64,000 nt of DNA from Vicugna vicugna (Eukaryota). The translations under genes were made by a program, and so were the position numbers. The notes under the pieces were generated by a model, which saw only the letters and a program-made list of their open reading frames with translations, was not told where the DNA came from and ran no database searches. The stretch's first letter is position 1; every line of letters begins with the position of its first letter. Shown piece after piece: positions 12,795 to 24,791 of the stretch. The stretch spans positions 7,301,449 to 7,365,448 of the forward strand of contig MU058423.1 in NCBI GenBank assembly GCA_013265495.1, given 5' to 3'.

Positions 12795-12962
12795 AGTCTC
12801 TGGTCCGCATTAGAACCACCAGGGGAACTTTTAAACAGTACAGAGGTGTGCCCTCTTCTGGACCAGATGCTGACTGAATCCACCTCAAGTGAGCCAAGCC
12901 AGCTGATGTGTTAAAGTCTTTACCTGTAGGTTGCAATGTGCAGCCAGACCTGGGAATTCCTT
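12795..12962. mobile_element. MER5A-like hAT MITE
   Basis: gcattagaaccaccaggggaacttttaaa...gactgaatc...aatgtgcagccagacctgggaa. Confidence 0.7.
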
Positions 12963-14180
12963 CCTTAGTGGGAGATTTACTATTAGGGGTCAAAGAGGTT
13001 TAAATAAAATATCTTTGCTGACTTTACAATTTACATATAGGATCTGCCCTAGGTGGGGAAGGTCACGACTATATTTTTCCCTCAAAATATCTTGTGCTTT
13101 TTTTTTTTTTCTACTTGGTTAGGACAAAACAGTCATTGTGTGATTTAAGACTAGCATATGATATGCTCCAGTAGTTAAAACCGGTAAATTTGGTAAGTTC
13201 TATACAGGTTAAATAATTATTTTTTAAAAGTCATAATTTATAACTTGTATATAGTCATTCTACTAATAACAATCACATTCTTAATAACTGAATAATAATG
13301 AATGCACAATTTATTATCTTTAATGAGTATTTATACACATTACGTTAGATTAGATATGGCATTGTGTTCATTCAGATAAAAAATAATAAATGCTTTAAGA
13401 AGTATGTTTAGAATTCTGTATTATGTAGAATTTTATGTTTTTTAAAAAATTTTATATAAAAGACAAAGTACATCAAAGGCAGCATATTAAAAAAGCAATC
13501 TAGAGTTATCAAAATAAATTAATATGACTAATTCCCTTCTGCCACAAGTAACAAAGAATGCAATATGAAATATATGTCATTAAGTCTGGATTTGAAAATA
13601 TATGGTGTGTGTATACGTGGCTTGAAAATTAGAAACAGAAAGCTCAGTATGTCATAAATTCTCATTACAACCACATATATAAACAGATACTGGAAAACAG
13701 GCTGTAAATAAGGAATGTGTGAAAAGTAAAGATAACAGAGCTCACTATTCATCTGTTCTTCATCTGTATCTTATTTCCTGGCATCCTTTATAGGTAGAAT
13801 ATTAATGAATTCTAGAATCAATTTATAAAGATAATTTGGCCATAAAGAGTGCTTATTCATCATAGAGGCTCAGCTTTCCAAATAAGTTTTTGACTTATGT
13901 AAACATCAGCAGCATTTCAGCACAAGGAAGAATTCCATAGCCTAGACATGTGGCTTTTCTTGAACTCTTAAGTCGCAGGGGAAATGTGCCCATCACTTTT
14001 ATTTCATCACAAAGAACAGTATCAGAACAACTCCTTGAGGTCTAATCTTAAGGAAGCTTTCATAGAGTGGATCTTGTTTAGAAGGTATAGAATTAATTTA
14101 ATATATTTTCTACTAATTCTCCTCCATTTTTCTTTGAAATTTACATGAATTTAGCTACATGAATTTCAAAGATTCAAACC

Positions 14181-14626
14181 CAGTACTTTTTAATATAAAT
14201 GTAATGTGAGCTACATGCAGACTTTTAAAGTTTTTTCCTGTAGTCAAATTAAAATAAGCTAAAAGAAACAAGTAAAATTACTTTCAATAATATATTTATT
14301 TTAACTATTTAGCCAAAATATTATTTTGATAATCAGTAGAAAATTGTTAATGATAGATTTTACATTCTACTTTTCATCAGTAGAAAATTGTTAATGATAG
14401 ATTTTACATTCTACTTTTCATCAGTAGAAAATTGTTAATGATAGATTTTACATTCTACTTTTCATCAGTAGAAAATTGTTAATGATAGATTTTACATTCT
14501 ACTTTTCATACAAGGTCTACAAAATCCAGTGTACATTTACACTTAAAGCACATTGTAAATCATATCAGCCAATTTCAAGAACTCAACAGTCACACATAGC
14601 TAGTAGCTTCCATATTGTTCATACTG
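14181..14626 (+). mobile_element. MER33 hAT-Charlie element with an internal tandem expansion
   Basis: colinear with the recalled MER33 consensus (aatgtgagctacat...aaaagaaacaagtaaaattactttcaataatatattt...tacacttaaagcacat...cacatagctagtagct). Confidence 0.88.
14334..14509 (+). repeat. perfect tandem repeat, 4 x 44 bp
   Basis: unit cagtagaaaattgttaatgatagattttacattctacttttcat starts at 14334, 14378, 14422 and 14466. Confidence 0.98.
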
Positions 14627-16199
14627 TTCCAACCCTTTTAGTGGTTCACAATGTACTGAACATGGAACATCATAAGAATGAGTTTGCAAATCTTACTTAG
14701 ATTTGTTACTTAGACCACAATAATATCATCCTATTTTCTTCAGAGCATTTGATTAAAATTCTTTTATGTGAAGTCCTTTAGATTGATTTAACTCTTATTA
14801 TCTTTAAATACCTACACATAGACTGCTTAATAAAAAAATAAAAATATAGATAGATGAATATATTAGGTAAGTAGTCATTGGCTATTTATCGACTAACAGA
14901 TGATATAAAATGTACTTTTGCAAATAACATATAAGTTGACCTTCAACTTAATTCATACAATGCCTGGAACAGTAGCATGGGATTTATGTGCTTTAGTGAT
15001 GACTACGGTGACCAATTATAATTTTGTTAAAAATGAATTAATATGTTCTCAAGTAGGAGATATGGCATCCCCAGAGAACACAGAGAGGCTATCCTAATGC
15101 CCTTATCACTCCTCCCTGACTCTCCAGTGATATGTAAGTATCTCCTGGTGACCTAGACAAACTGCAGAAGGGATGAACTGAAATCATAGAATTAAAACTA
15201 TTTCCTGGAACCGTTACATTCTGATTCTCTCTCTTTCATAGTATGTAGTTAGGGTCAATACAGTTCAACATCAAGTCAAATACTGTTGTATATTGTAACC
15301 ACTTTAAAGTGTAGTGGTTATAGCATTAATAAGAACATCTCTCATTTTCATGTTTTCCCTCACCTATGAAATGCTATTCACACCTAATGTCTTCCATGGC
15401 TGGTATCTGCAGGATATAGAGCAACTATATTCCTATAGTATAATTTTCTCCTATGTGTATTTCATTATATCCTGTTTCTCCCTTTGTTTGCATGGAGAAA
15501 TGAATCATTGATGAAATGGGAAACTTTCTCACAGGAGAACAAAGTAATTTACAGTTCAGCCATAGGCCTACAGAATAAAAACATATATCCTAGATAAAAG
15601 ATGTAGCCAAGGGCGATGCAGTAATAATCATTTAAAAATGTTTTGTTCTAGTATTTATGGAGCAACCATAAGCATATTTTGTCAAAAGCCAATTTGGTGA
15701 GATCCCAGAAGCAGTGCAATTTTTGTAGGCATACCTTGGAGAAAAATGACTAATTTTTAAAAGATAATTCATCATATTAAATTCAAAGATGGAAAATCAT
15801 TCTTTCACTATGTGAATTCTTGCACTCTAAAATATTTCTGCTAATATCACTTTATAAAGATATAAAATTCATATGTTCACTCATCACTTAAGAAAACTTT
15901 CAGAATTTTGTTTCTTTTATTTGTAATAGTAATTATACTATTAAAACACATGTCAATATTTTCAAATTACAATGGGAAAGTATATTTCTATTAATCTGAT
16001 TGATAATAAATGTTACTAGCATTTTTAACTCTAAATTGTAGTTCTAGCCATTGTAATACTTCTTGAATGTAGATTTATAGTTCTCCTACTAAATGCCAAG
16101 TGATGTGCTTAGAATTATGATACAATAAATAGCAGAATACAGTTTATGCCCTTAGGAGGTTAAGAGAAAAATACATGCAAAGATTATTTTAATATAATT

Positions 16200-16415
16200 C
16201 ATGACAACAACTACCATTTTTGAGCCCTTACTATCTGATAGATACTATCCTTGCTGGTTACATACATTATCTTATTTAATCCTAAAAATAACCTTTTGTA
16301 TAGACACTATCTTTTATTACATTGGAGGAAACTGGGCAATGGGCAAGTATGTGACAGAGCTATTACTTGGACTCAGATTTGTTTGATCTTGAAGTTCACG
16401 TTTTTAATAGCTATA
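16200..16415 (-). mobile_element. MIR SINE
   Basis: accatttttgagcccttactat...tcttatttaatcctaaaaataacc...gaggaaactgggc. Confidence 0.75.
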
Positions 16416-16479
16416 GTGGAAATAATCTCTACTTTTGAAACTGTCTAAGTGTGAAAACCATTATACAGGCAATATATGT

Positions 16480-17120
16480 TATATCCTCTAAGAATGCCAT
16501 GAAGTAGATAGTTAAGTTTGCCCCCTCTTTTAGGAAATACTTCACTGATGTTTAAAATGAGCTGAATTTTAAATGATACTTAGGTATTTCCTGGAAGGAA
16601 GGAGACTGGGCTTTGTCCTTAAGATTTATCCTTAAAGACACAGAAGTTGTTTAGATTGAGAATTTATCCTTAAAGACACAGATTTGTTTTTATCCATAAA
16701 GACACAGAAGCTTGTTTAGGATTGAGAATTATTCCATTACAGCTAAAGGATGTGGTATACAAGAACACAACTCTGATGGTAATAATGGATGGACCAGAAC
16801 AGTGAGAGAAAAAGCCACTGCTATCACTCAGATAGGAAGAAATTACTCTACTGGAGACTAAGTCAGTGCTGGTGGGAATGCAGACAAAGACAACATGCGA
16901 AAGAAGAGCAAGAAGAGGTGTGTGGATGCTAAAACGAGTTCAGTATCGGACACGTTGGTTGTGACACTGCTTCAACCAATTCCAGTGGTAATGTATAGGA
17001 GACTGCTGGAAACAAGAGATCTGCAGATCCAAGGGAAATGAAACTTGGGCATCTGATTTGAAAGTCTTCAGTATGTAGGACTGATTGAAGTGGCTCAGAG
17101 ACATAATGGAGAGTGACACA
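16480..17120 (-). mobile_element. L2 LINE fragment
   Basis: gagctgaattttaaatga...gagttcagtatcggacacgttggttgtga...gatttgaaagtcttcagtatgtagg. Confidence 0.6.
16623..16733 (+). repeat. imperfect scrambled tandem triplication
   Basis: tttatcc(t/a)taaagacacaga occurs 3 times and ttgtttag(g)attgagaatt occurs twice. Confidence 0.9.
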
Positions 17121-17483
17121 AGATACCTAAATTGTTATTTACAAGTTTATAACTAAATTATTTAAAAACCCACTACATTTTTGGTTTGTTTGTTTTAACT
17201 TCAAGGGCTGATAGCAAAAAGATGCGTGACAAAATAATGAGATTCACACTCTAAAAATAGTCCTGAATCTAGAAATTTAAGGTAGAGAAGGAAAAAAAAA
17301 TCATTAGCACTTTATTCAATATAAAATAAGTGTATAAATACTACCAATTTATAAAATAAGGTTTATGGAAATAGTACTATTTTATGGGCTATCTAAAATA
17401 AGTTTTAAGTGACGAAATTCTCAATCGTTTATACGCAAATTTTAAGAAATAACCTCATTATGTAAACAACACAACCTTTAATC

Positions 17484-18211
17484 TGTTTACGAAACAAAAT
17501 GTTCTCAGCACCCTGTCCCTTTGCGTTTTTATGGGGGCTTCATTACGTAGTTATCATTAATTAAATCATTAGCCATCGGTGATTGGTTCAACCTCCATCC
17601 CCCTCTGGGTGGGGAGGGTACTGAAAGTTTCAAAGATTTCAACCCAGTGCTTTTTAATATAAATGTAATGTGAGCTACATGCAGACTTGTAAATTTTCTT
17701 GTAGTTGAATTAAAATAAGCTAAAAGAAACAAGTAAAATTACTTTTAACCAACTAAATTTGAAGATCTAATTGGCTTTATTCAGTGATTCATGAGTCAGG
17801 AAGCATCCTGTCTAGTGGCTGGAAGGGCCCTCGAGAGGCTGTACAAAAGGACGTTTTCACAGAAGGGTAGGGGGAGGGAGCTATTAGCAAAAGAAAGGAT
17901 TATTTTTAGATCAGGACATCTTTTTTTGCAGGGGGCAAGGCTGGGTGGGGTGGGCGAGGTTGAGGGGAATGGCAAGGGTTTTATCATGCACATTGCCTCA
18001 CCTTAAATTTCCCCAAAATGGTTGATTAATATTACCATTTCTGGGCAAGGTTATTATATTAATATTAATATGAGTGCCTGGGCAAGTCTCTGATGTTAAT
18101 ATTATCATTCTGGGAAAAACTGCAGTTAGGTTAGATATTAAATCTGGGTTTGGGATCACGGGCTATAGCACAACTGACGCCATTTGGGGCCTGCGGTTTT
18201 TCTCTTTAACA
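17484..18211 (-). mobile_element. ERV1 (MER4-group-like) solo LTR carrying a chimeric insertion at 17501-17748
   Basis: tgttt...aaaat | aaccaactaaatttgaagatctaattggctttattcagtgattcatga...tttctctttaaca, with TG..CA ends and reverse AATAAA. Confidence 0.8.
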
Positions 18212-18653
18212 GTCTGCTATACAAAACAAAGCAGTAACAATGTGGCCTTCCACACATTTTTTCTACAGTGACAGACAACACAGGCCTCTCTCATCCTGCT
18301 TTTCCACTAGTAAATTATCATTGGGCATTTCCTGAACATGTGATCATACAACACAAAATTAAGTCTAATAATGTACATAATCCCACCAGTTACTAGTTTC
18401 TACAAAGCTGTTTTTTTTTTAATGTTTTTATTTTCCCTAAGGTCAACTCTTTTTTCCTGGAGTTTGTGTAGGAACATGGTTTATCGTAAGATCAGGAAAA
18501 AGTTTAAAATTAGTTACCATATCTACTCATTCCACAATCTGCTGTAACTATAAGCATTTTACTAAAGGTCTATTGCTACACTTTTGTGACTTAATGGAAA
18601 GGTGATTTACCATCCACAATACCATATATAATTAAAATGAAAAATTATAATAT

Positions 18654-19340
18654 TGTAATTTATAAGAAATATATTTTTGATCTTCTACCCCATCTGGACT
18701 CAGAGTTCCTAAAAACCCTTGGAATTTCCTGTTATAAGAGCTATAAAGGGGTTTTTGTTATGTTAATATGGAGAGTTTTGGAAAGCCCTTTGGTAACCTA
18801 AGGATGGGGACTGGTTGCCAGGGAAACCACTCTCTTGATTGCAAGGTTGAAACTTTCAGTACCCTCCCTATCCAGAGGCGGAGATGGAGGTTAAATCAAT
18901 CACCACTGCTAATGATTTAATTAATGATGACTAAGTAAGGAAGCCTCCATAAAAATGCAAAGGGACAGGGTGCTGCGAACTTCCAGGTTGGTGGACACGC
19001 AGAAATGCTGGAAGAGTGGTGCTCCTGGAGGGGCTCTGGAAGCTCTGTGTCCTTTCCCCAAACCTTGCCCTGTGCATCTTCCATGTGTCTGCTCCTGAGT
19101 TACATCTTTTATAATAAACTGGCAATCTACTGATAAAACGATTCTCTGAGTTCTGTGAGCAGATCTAGCAAATTAATCAAACTCAAGGAGGGGGTCTTGG
19201 GAAACTCTGATTTATAGCCAGTCAGAAAGAAGCAGAGACAACGACCCGAGCTTGTGTCTGGCATCTGAAGTCAAGGGGAGAGGGGTGGTCTTGTAGGACT
19301 GAACCCTTAACCTGTGGAATGTGATGCCATCTGTGGGTAC
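18654..19340 (+). mobile_element. MER21-like LTR, 5' part
   Basis: cctaaaaacccttggaatttcctg, aggatggggactggttgccaggg, aataaactgg, tctctgagttctgtgagc, ggactgaacccttaacctgtgg. Confidence 0.88.
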
Positions 19341-19344
19341 TTGG

Positions 19345-19667
19345 CTTTGACTTGAAACAGATAGACCGCCAGATACTTCTTCAGTGGAGATGGGTTTATT
19401 TGGGATCAGCAGAGAATTAAAGTTCATGCAACCATGATGAGCCATGTGCAAGTCCCCCACATGACAAGGGAAGAACATTTTTTACAGAGGGGAAAAGAAA
19501 ATTGGGAGGGCTCTAGTAAACAAAGAGCTCATGGCTTTTCATTGGCTGAGTCCTTGTTAGGAAAGAAGGAAACTTTCTTCTTGCTAGGCTCTGCAGTTGT
19601 CACAGGGTGTGAGAGCTCCCCCTGATGGTCTCCTGACTATTGAATTAAGGTTTTTGTTTGTTTCACA
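19345..19667 (-). mobile_element. 3' LTR of the provirus
   Basis: homologous to 24792-25068 (gatgggtttatttgg.atcagcagagaatt, atggcttttcattgg). Preceded on the minus strand by the PPT cagaagaggaaaa, then tgtgaaa. Confidence 0.9.
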
Positions 19668-20009
19668 TTTTCCTCTTCTGACCAAGATCTTTCTCTGAAA
19701 ACATAGTTAATCGAGAGTCAAGTTTTCTAGTTTCAGAGAATTTTTGTCTCTCAATGTCAGGAAAGGCCTTTCCTGGGTGTAGTATCTCATGTCAGAGGGA
19801 AAGTGCACAGATTGGACACTATTAAGGTCACATTTGAATAACACAGAGGGGCAGGAGGGAGAATTCTCAAGTACTTTTTATTTAAAGTCTATATGTTATC
19901 AAGATCATAGACGTTGGAGATGATGTGAAGTATTATATCATCATCAAAGGTTTACCAGCAAATTTCCAACAGGCCTGGTTGGTTATCTCGGGAAAGCTGT
20001 CTCATCCTG

Positions 20010-21100
20010 TGTTATCCGCTTCGGGTCTGGGATAGCCTCACTTTCAGTCCACCAGATGGTACGCAGGTATAGTCAGGGTTCAGCACTCTCTTTAGGTGTG
20101 TCCTGCGAATCCAGGAGTCTGATCCTTGAAGTTTGGCTGCACAGGGCTGGTTAGTGGTACTTGATAGGGGCCTTTTCAGTGAGAATGAAGGGAGTCCTCT
20201 TGGAGGTATCTTTTCCAATAGATAAAATATCCAGTTTGCAAGGTGTGATGCTTAAGCTCTTTATTTCCTGAAGGCTCGCTGTGAAAAGATTGCTCTATCA
20301 AAACATGGATTTTTAATAGAAGCAATTAGGCTTTTGCAATATTGGACTATCTCTCTCTCTCTCTTTTTTTTAATCATCAGTTGTGGGTCAAAATGAGTAG
20401 GAGCCAAGTGCATTGAGCGTCCTGTAACCATCTCGAAGGGTGAGAATTTATGGGTTCCAGAAGGGATGGGTCAGGCATGCAGAATCACCAAGGGCAATGC
20501 TTTTGGCCAAGATACTTGGAGGGCCTCCACAAATTTTGGCAATTGAATCTTAATGATGCTGTTAGTGTATTCAGCTAAGCCAGAGGAATGAGGGTGGTAG
20601 TCACGGTGAAGCTGTTATAAAATCAGCCAAATAGTTTAGACTTGTCAAAGCGCCCGGCCAGTAAGATGGGCTTCTCAGCCACTACTAAGTCCCAGAGGAG
20701 TTGCTCAGATAGGGGTAATCTTTTCCATCAGGACTTCAGCCACAGGAGAGGTGCTAAGTAGCCTGTCTGCAAAGGAAGGCTTCAGGCCAGGTGAAAACAT
20801 GCTGAGCATGACAAAGACGTATTTATACGCATTAGGAAGACATTATGAAACCCATTTTCCAGACCTAGAATGGCCCATCAGGCAGCTTAAAGTGTCTGGG
20901 AGCAGTACAAAAAGGCTTCCCTAGGTTGTACTTTGGATAAGTGAGGTGGGTTCATTTTGCAGACTTGTGAATGTTTTTCCACCAATATTGACTCAAGAAG
21001 GCTATCTTTTTGTCAGTAGACCAATGGTTTAATCCCTGTCCAGTGCTGAGGAGTGGGGATTATTAGAGTATCGGGTGGGACTAGGCTGTTATATGGTCCA
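20010..21100 (-). pseudogene. ERV integrase remnant
   Basis: manual translation: YPKYNLGKP; DYHPHSSGLAEYTNSIIKIQL...SPFEMVTGRSM; C-terminal PCAAKLQGSDSWIRRTHLKR. Stops and frameshifts present. Confidence 0.9.
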
Positions 21101-21191
21101 AACCAGAGCTTCTCTTTTCTCAAACCATAAAATTTTCCTTTTTCTTTCCAATCTTAGTTTCCCTTTTCTGAGGCCAATTGTTGGGTCTCTC

Positions 21192-21513
21192 TGTAGTAGA
21201 GAATAACCTTTGTTCTGTTGGAGGTTTACAGGGACACCATGACCTGGCCCACGGGACAGCTGAGAGAACAAAGAATGCCTGCAGCAAGATTACAACAGTC
21301 AACCACACCCCCTCCCTTAATTCCCCTCCCCCTTATTTTTTGTATAAAAGGAGTCTGTATTCTGACTAGAGCAGGATGGTTCTCCCAGACATTAGTCTGC
21401 CATCATCTCGGTCTGCCGACTCAAATAAAGTCTCTATTCCTTGCCCCAACGCCTCGTCTCCTGATTTATTGGCCTGTCATGCGGCGAGCAGAACGAGTTT
21501 AGACTCGGCAACA
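21192..21513 (+). mobile_element. solo LTR family B inserted antisense into ERV pol
   Basis: perfect 4-bp TSD TCTC on both sides, TG..CA ends, TATA box and AATAAA. Confidence 0.95.
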
Positions 21514-21589
21514 TCTCTAGCTAGTTTTTCTAAGTTATAATTTGGGGAATTATCCCTTTAGACCATGAAAGAGGATTGGCTGCTGTTGG

Positions 21590-22900
21590 TCCCTTTAAGG
21601 GCAGCATTCCTTGCAGAATTATCAGCAAGGCGATTTCTCTTTGCTTCTAGAGTCAAGTTCAGACTGACTCAGAATCTTAATAAGAACTAAAGTGGCATGT
21701 AAGAGTATTGCCTTCAATAATTCCTGAACATAGGGACCATTTTTAACTTTACTTCCAGTGAAAGTAAAAAAGTCAAGTTGCTTCCATAACATCCCAAAAT
21801 CATAAGCTACCCCAAAAGCATATCTACTATCAGTATAAATATTTGTAGCTTTGTCCTTAGCTCAAGTACAAGCCCATGGAAGAGCAGAATCTCTAGGGAA
21901 CTTTATATCATCCAGATCAGCCTTTAGGATTTATGAGCAATAGGGACTCTCAGTATCACCCTGAGGCATTACAGTCCAGGTGAACTGTTTTTCTTCCCAA
22001 GTGAAGGTAAAAGGTATTGGCTAGCTTCATCAAATAATACCAAAGAATGCACGGCATAAATCAATTACAGTGAAGAATTTACTTTCAGTGGGAATGGATG
22101 TTAGTAACATATGAGGGTTAGAACAATAGGGAGTCAAGGGATAGAAAGTGTGAAAGAAAAATACTGCAAACTGTATCAGTAAACAAAGAATGCTGAAGCC
22201 ACCAAGTCATCAGTGGCTGCTGCCACCCCCCAGTGATGACAAGCCTGCAGCCCAGCCTCTGTAGCCACTCACAGTGGTGCACTCTGAGGGCACTAAGAAT
22301 AATAAAGATACGGGCCCTAGAAAGCTAGATGCTTGTCAAAGGAATGAATTCAATGAGCCCAAATGTTTGCTCCCTCCCATACATAGAAAAGCGCTTAATT
22401 CTTTAACTTGAGTTGTCTGTTTTTCTTTAGATAGCAAGTAACCTTTTATTGTTCCAACTACTGGTCTTTATTGTAAAGTTCCTGTATATCCTAGCTTCTC
22501 CCCTACCTCTTCGGAGCAGTCCCTCAGAGAGATCTGAGAGGCTGTCATCTCGGCTCGAGTCCTCCTGCCAAATAAAACAACTCTCAACTTTCAGGCTGAG
22601 CATTTATTTCAGTCGACACAAGGTTGCTTATTTTTCAGAGATCCTAGACAAACCCTCACCCTTGGTCCTTAGGTTTTCTCACTGGTAAAATGGGAATGTC
22701 ACAGGAGCTAGTACAAGGGATGGGACCCTGAGTTTTGTAATCTTCTATCATCAGCTTTATGCCTTGAAGGCTTTCTTTACTTATAGAATATTGATTGATT
22801 CTTGGAAGATGTTTTGAAAGACCTATTCAAATTTTGATGGTAGGTGTGCTATGAATTTTGCCAACATCAGTTGGAGATTTTTTCCTTAAGGAAAAGTGGT
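21590..22900 (-). pseudogene. ERV RT (N-terminal half) and RNase H remnants, YxDD/thumb region deleted
   Basis: PILPVRKP; KFFTVIDLCRAFF; FTWTVMPQGDTESP; then a jump to RNase H NIYTDSRYAFGVAYDFGMLWKQ. Confidence 0.9.
22149..22618 (+). mobile_element. solo LTR family A inserted antisense into ERV RT
   Basis: tgtgaaag...gtcgaca, TSD aaag/caag, AATAAA at 22571. The RT sequence continues across it. Confidence 0.93.
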
Positions 22901-22974
22901 AGCTGATTATATTGGGGCAAATTATCAGTGTTTCCAGAATCAGCTCTAGTACCATCAGAGCTGATTAAAAGATG

Positions 22975-24255
22975 TCAAAGGTTTCCTTTAGGAACCTTCA
23001 ATTGCTGGAATTGAAGACTAAGAACTTTGGCAATCTTCCCTGGAGGCAGCTCATCTAGAGTATGAGAGAGCTGGTTTGCCAGGTTAACTAAATCTGGAGT
23101 GGACACAGTTTCCCATTCCATGCTGATCCTTTTTACTAGAAAGGAAAGGTCCCGAATCAGCCCATTAATAAACATAAAGTTAAAATCTACTTGGGTGGAA
23201 TCAACAACTAAAAGAAAACCAGAATTTTCTTTAAAAATATTCTGAAGTTGGTTTATTAGTCATGGATAGGTTCATCAGATTGTTGCGTACGAGCTTGAAT
23301 TTTGTTTCAATCAACAGACTTTGGAAAAGCCCTAGGAATTGCTGGATGAAGTTGCCTGGCGATTGCCCAAGACTGGCCATATAAGTCAGTGGGCTGGTTG
23401 TAATTCTAGAAAATGGTCAGGACTTTCCCAATTGGCACTTTTCATCCAGTGCTGGGCCAGGCCTTCACCAAGCATATTAACTACAAGTCCGAGAAACCAG
23501 GTTAAGTTTGTTATTGATTATATTAAATTCCTCAGCAAACCTGTGAGGATCTTTGATTACTTCGGGAAAATTTTTGACTATGGTTCATAGTTCAGCATTA
23601 GTCCAGGGAGTGGAAGGTATTAAGGATTTAGCCTCTGGATTCTCTTAATTTTAAAGGGGTAGGTTCTGATAGGTTTAGAGGGAAAGGACATGGGAAGAGT
23701 TTCAGAGAAATGGGTAAGTTTGGTGAGAAAATGTCTGGGGGATTTGAGTGTACAGTGGAGGCGTTGTCAGCAGAGAAGGGAGGGAAGGAGATGGGGTCAG
23801 AGGCAGAATCTGGCCTTGAGGCGCCCAGGGACAGAGACAAGATGGCACAGGAGGCTGAGCTGGAGACAAAAAGCCACGGCAGAAGAGCCTGAGGCTTGGG
23901 AGCCGTTTTATCTATCTTTAATCATGTGTTTGCCCCAGTTCATCTTAAAATCTTATTTTACAAAGGGGTGATTTAGACTCCTGATAACACTTGTTAGCCT
24001 CAAAATACCAATGGATATAAGCATTCTACTCCTGGAGATTTTTGAGCTATCATAGTCCAATTCAGTTTTAAGAAAATTAAATTTGGAGGCTTCAAGTGTT
24101 CCCCATAATGGCTACTGATACTCTAAACTGTGTTGGTCAAGTCAGTCTTTCTAGTCAAAAACACCCAAGACGAAGGCCATGGTTTTAAACACAAAGTCAA
24201 TTGGAGTCCCTGTAAGGGTAGGGGGCGCCCTCAAAAAAGATAACTGGGATCCGTT
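22975..24255 (-). pseudogene. ERV gag remnant
   Basis: major-homology-like NKIQARTQQSDEPIHD near 23260-23310, CA C-terminal FINGLIRDLSFLVKRISMEWET, proline/serine-rich p12-like segment. Confidence 0.8.
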
Positions 24256-24770
24256 TTCTAGAGCTTTTTCCTCTGGAGTAAAGGGAAACTTTAAAACTGC
24301 TTAAATAATTTATAGCATCGATGGCTCAATTCAAATGGTTTGCAAGCCAATCCCAGCCAGTCTTAAAGAGTCAGGTTGGTCCCAGAGGAAGCAGGCCAGA
24401 GGTTTTTCTTTTTAGCCAGTCTCCAGAAGACAGCTGCCACTGTTTTAGAGAAACAATCCCACTCCTGAAAGGATGGGTTGAAGACTAGCCAGGTTCTGTG
24501 AAACACTTGGATCTCAAATCAGACACAAGTGCCCAAGGAGTACTTGTATATAGAACAAGGCCTTCATCAGAAAGACAAAGCCTATAAAAAGATCCCAAAT
24601 AAAGCCTGGAGAGTGTCAAATGGAAAGGGATTGTGATCTCAGATCCAGGAGAAAGACATACGTTCATACTCCAGCATCAGCGAGAAAACCTGTGAGTGAC
24701 CAAGGGCTAGACACATGGATAGCTCCCCTGTTTGCTCACCAGAACTGGAGCCACCAGGAGTCTTCTCTGG

Positions 24771-24788
24771 TCCCTGTATGGGCCACCA
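24771..24788 (-). other. primer binding site complementary to tRNA-Ile
   Basis: minus strand TGGTGGCCCATACAGGGA versus expected TGGTGGCCCGTACGGGGA (two CpG-type changes), 3 nt inside the 5' LTR end. Confidence 0.88.
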
Positions 24789-24791
24789 AAA

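Noticed and set aside
14334..14509. CRISPR-like array
   Set aside because: The units are head-to-tail with no spacers, derive from MER33, lie in mammalian DNA, and no cas genes are present.
19668..20010. env or syncytin-like gene
   Set aside because: The interval is too short and shows no recognisable furin site, immunosuppressive domain or CX6CC motif.
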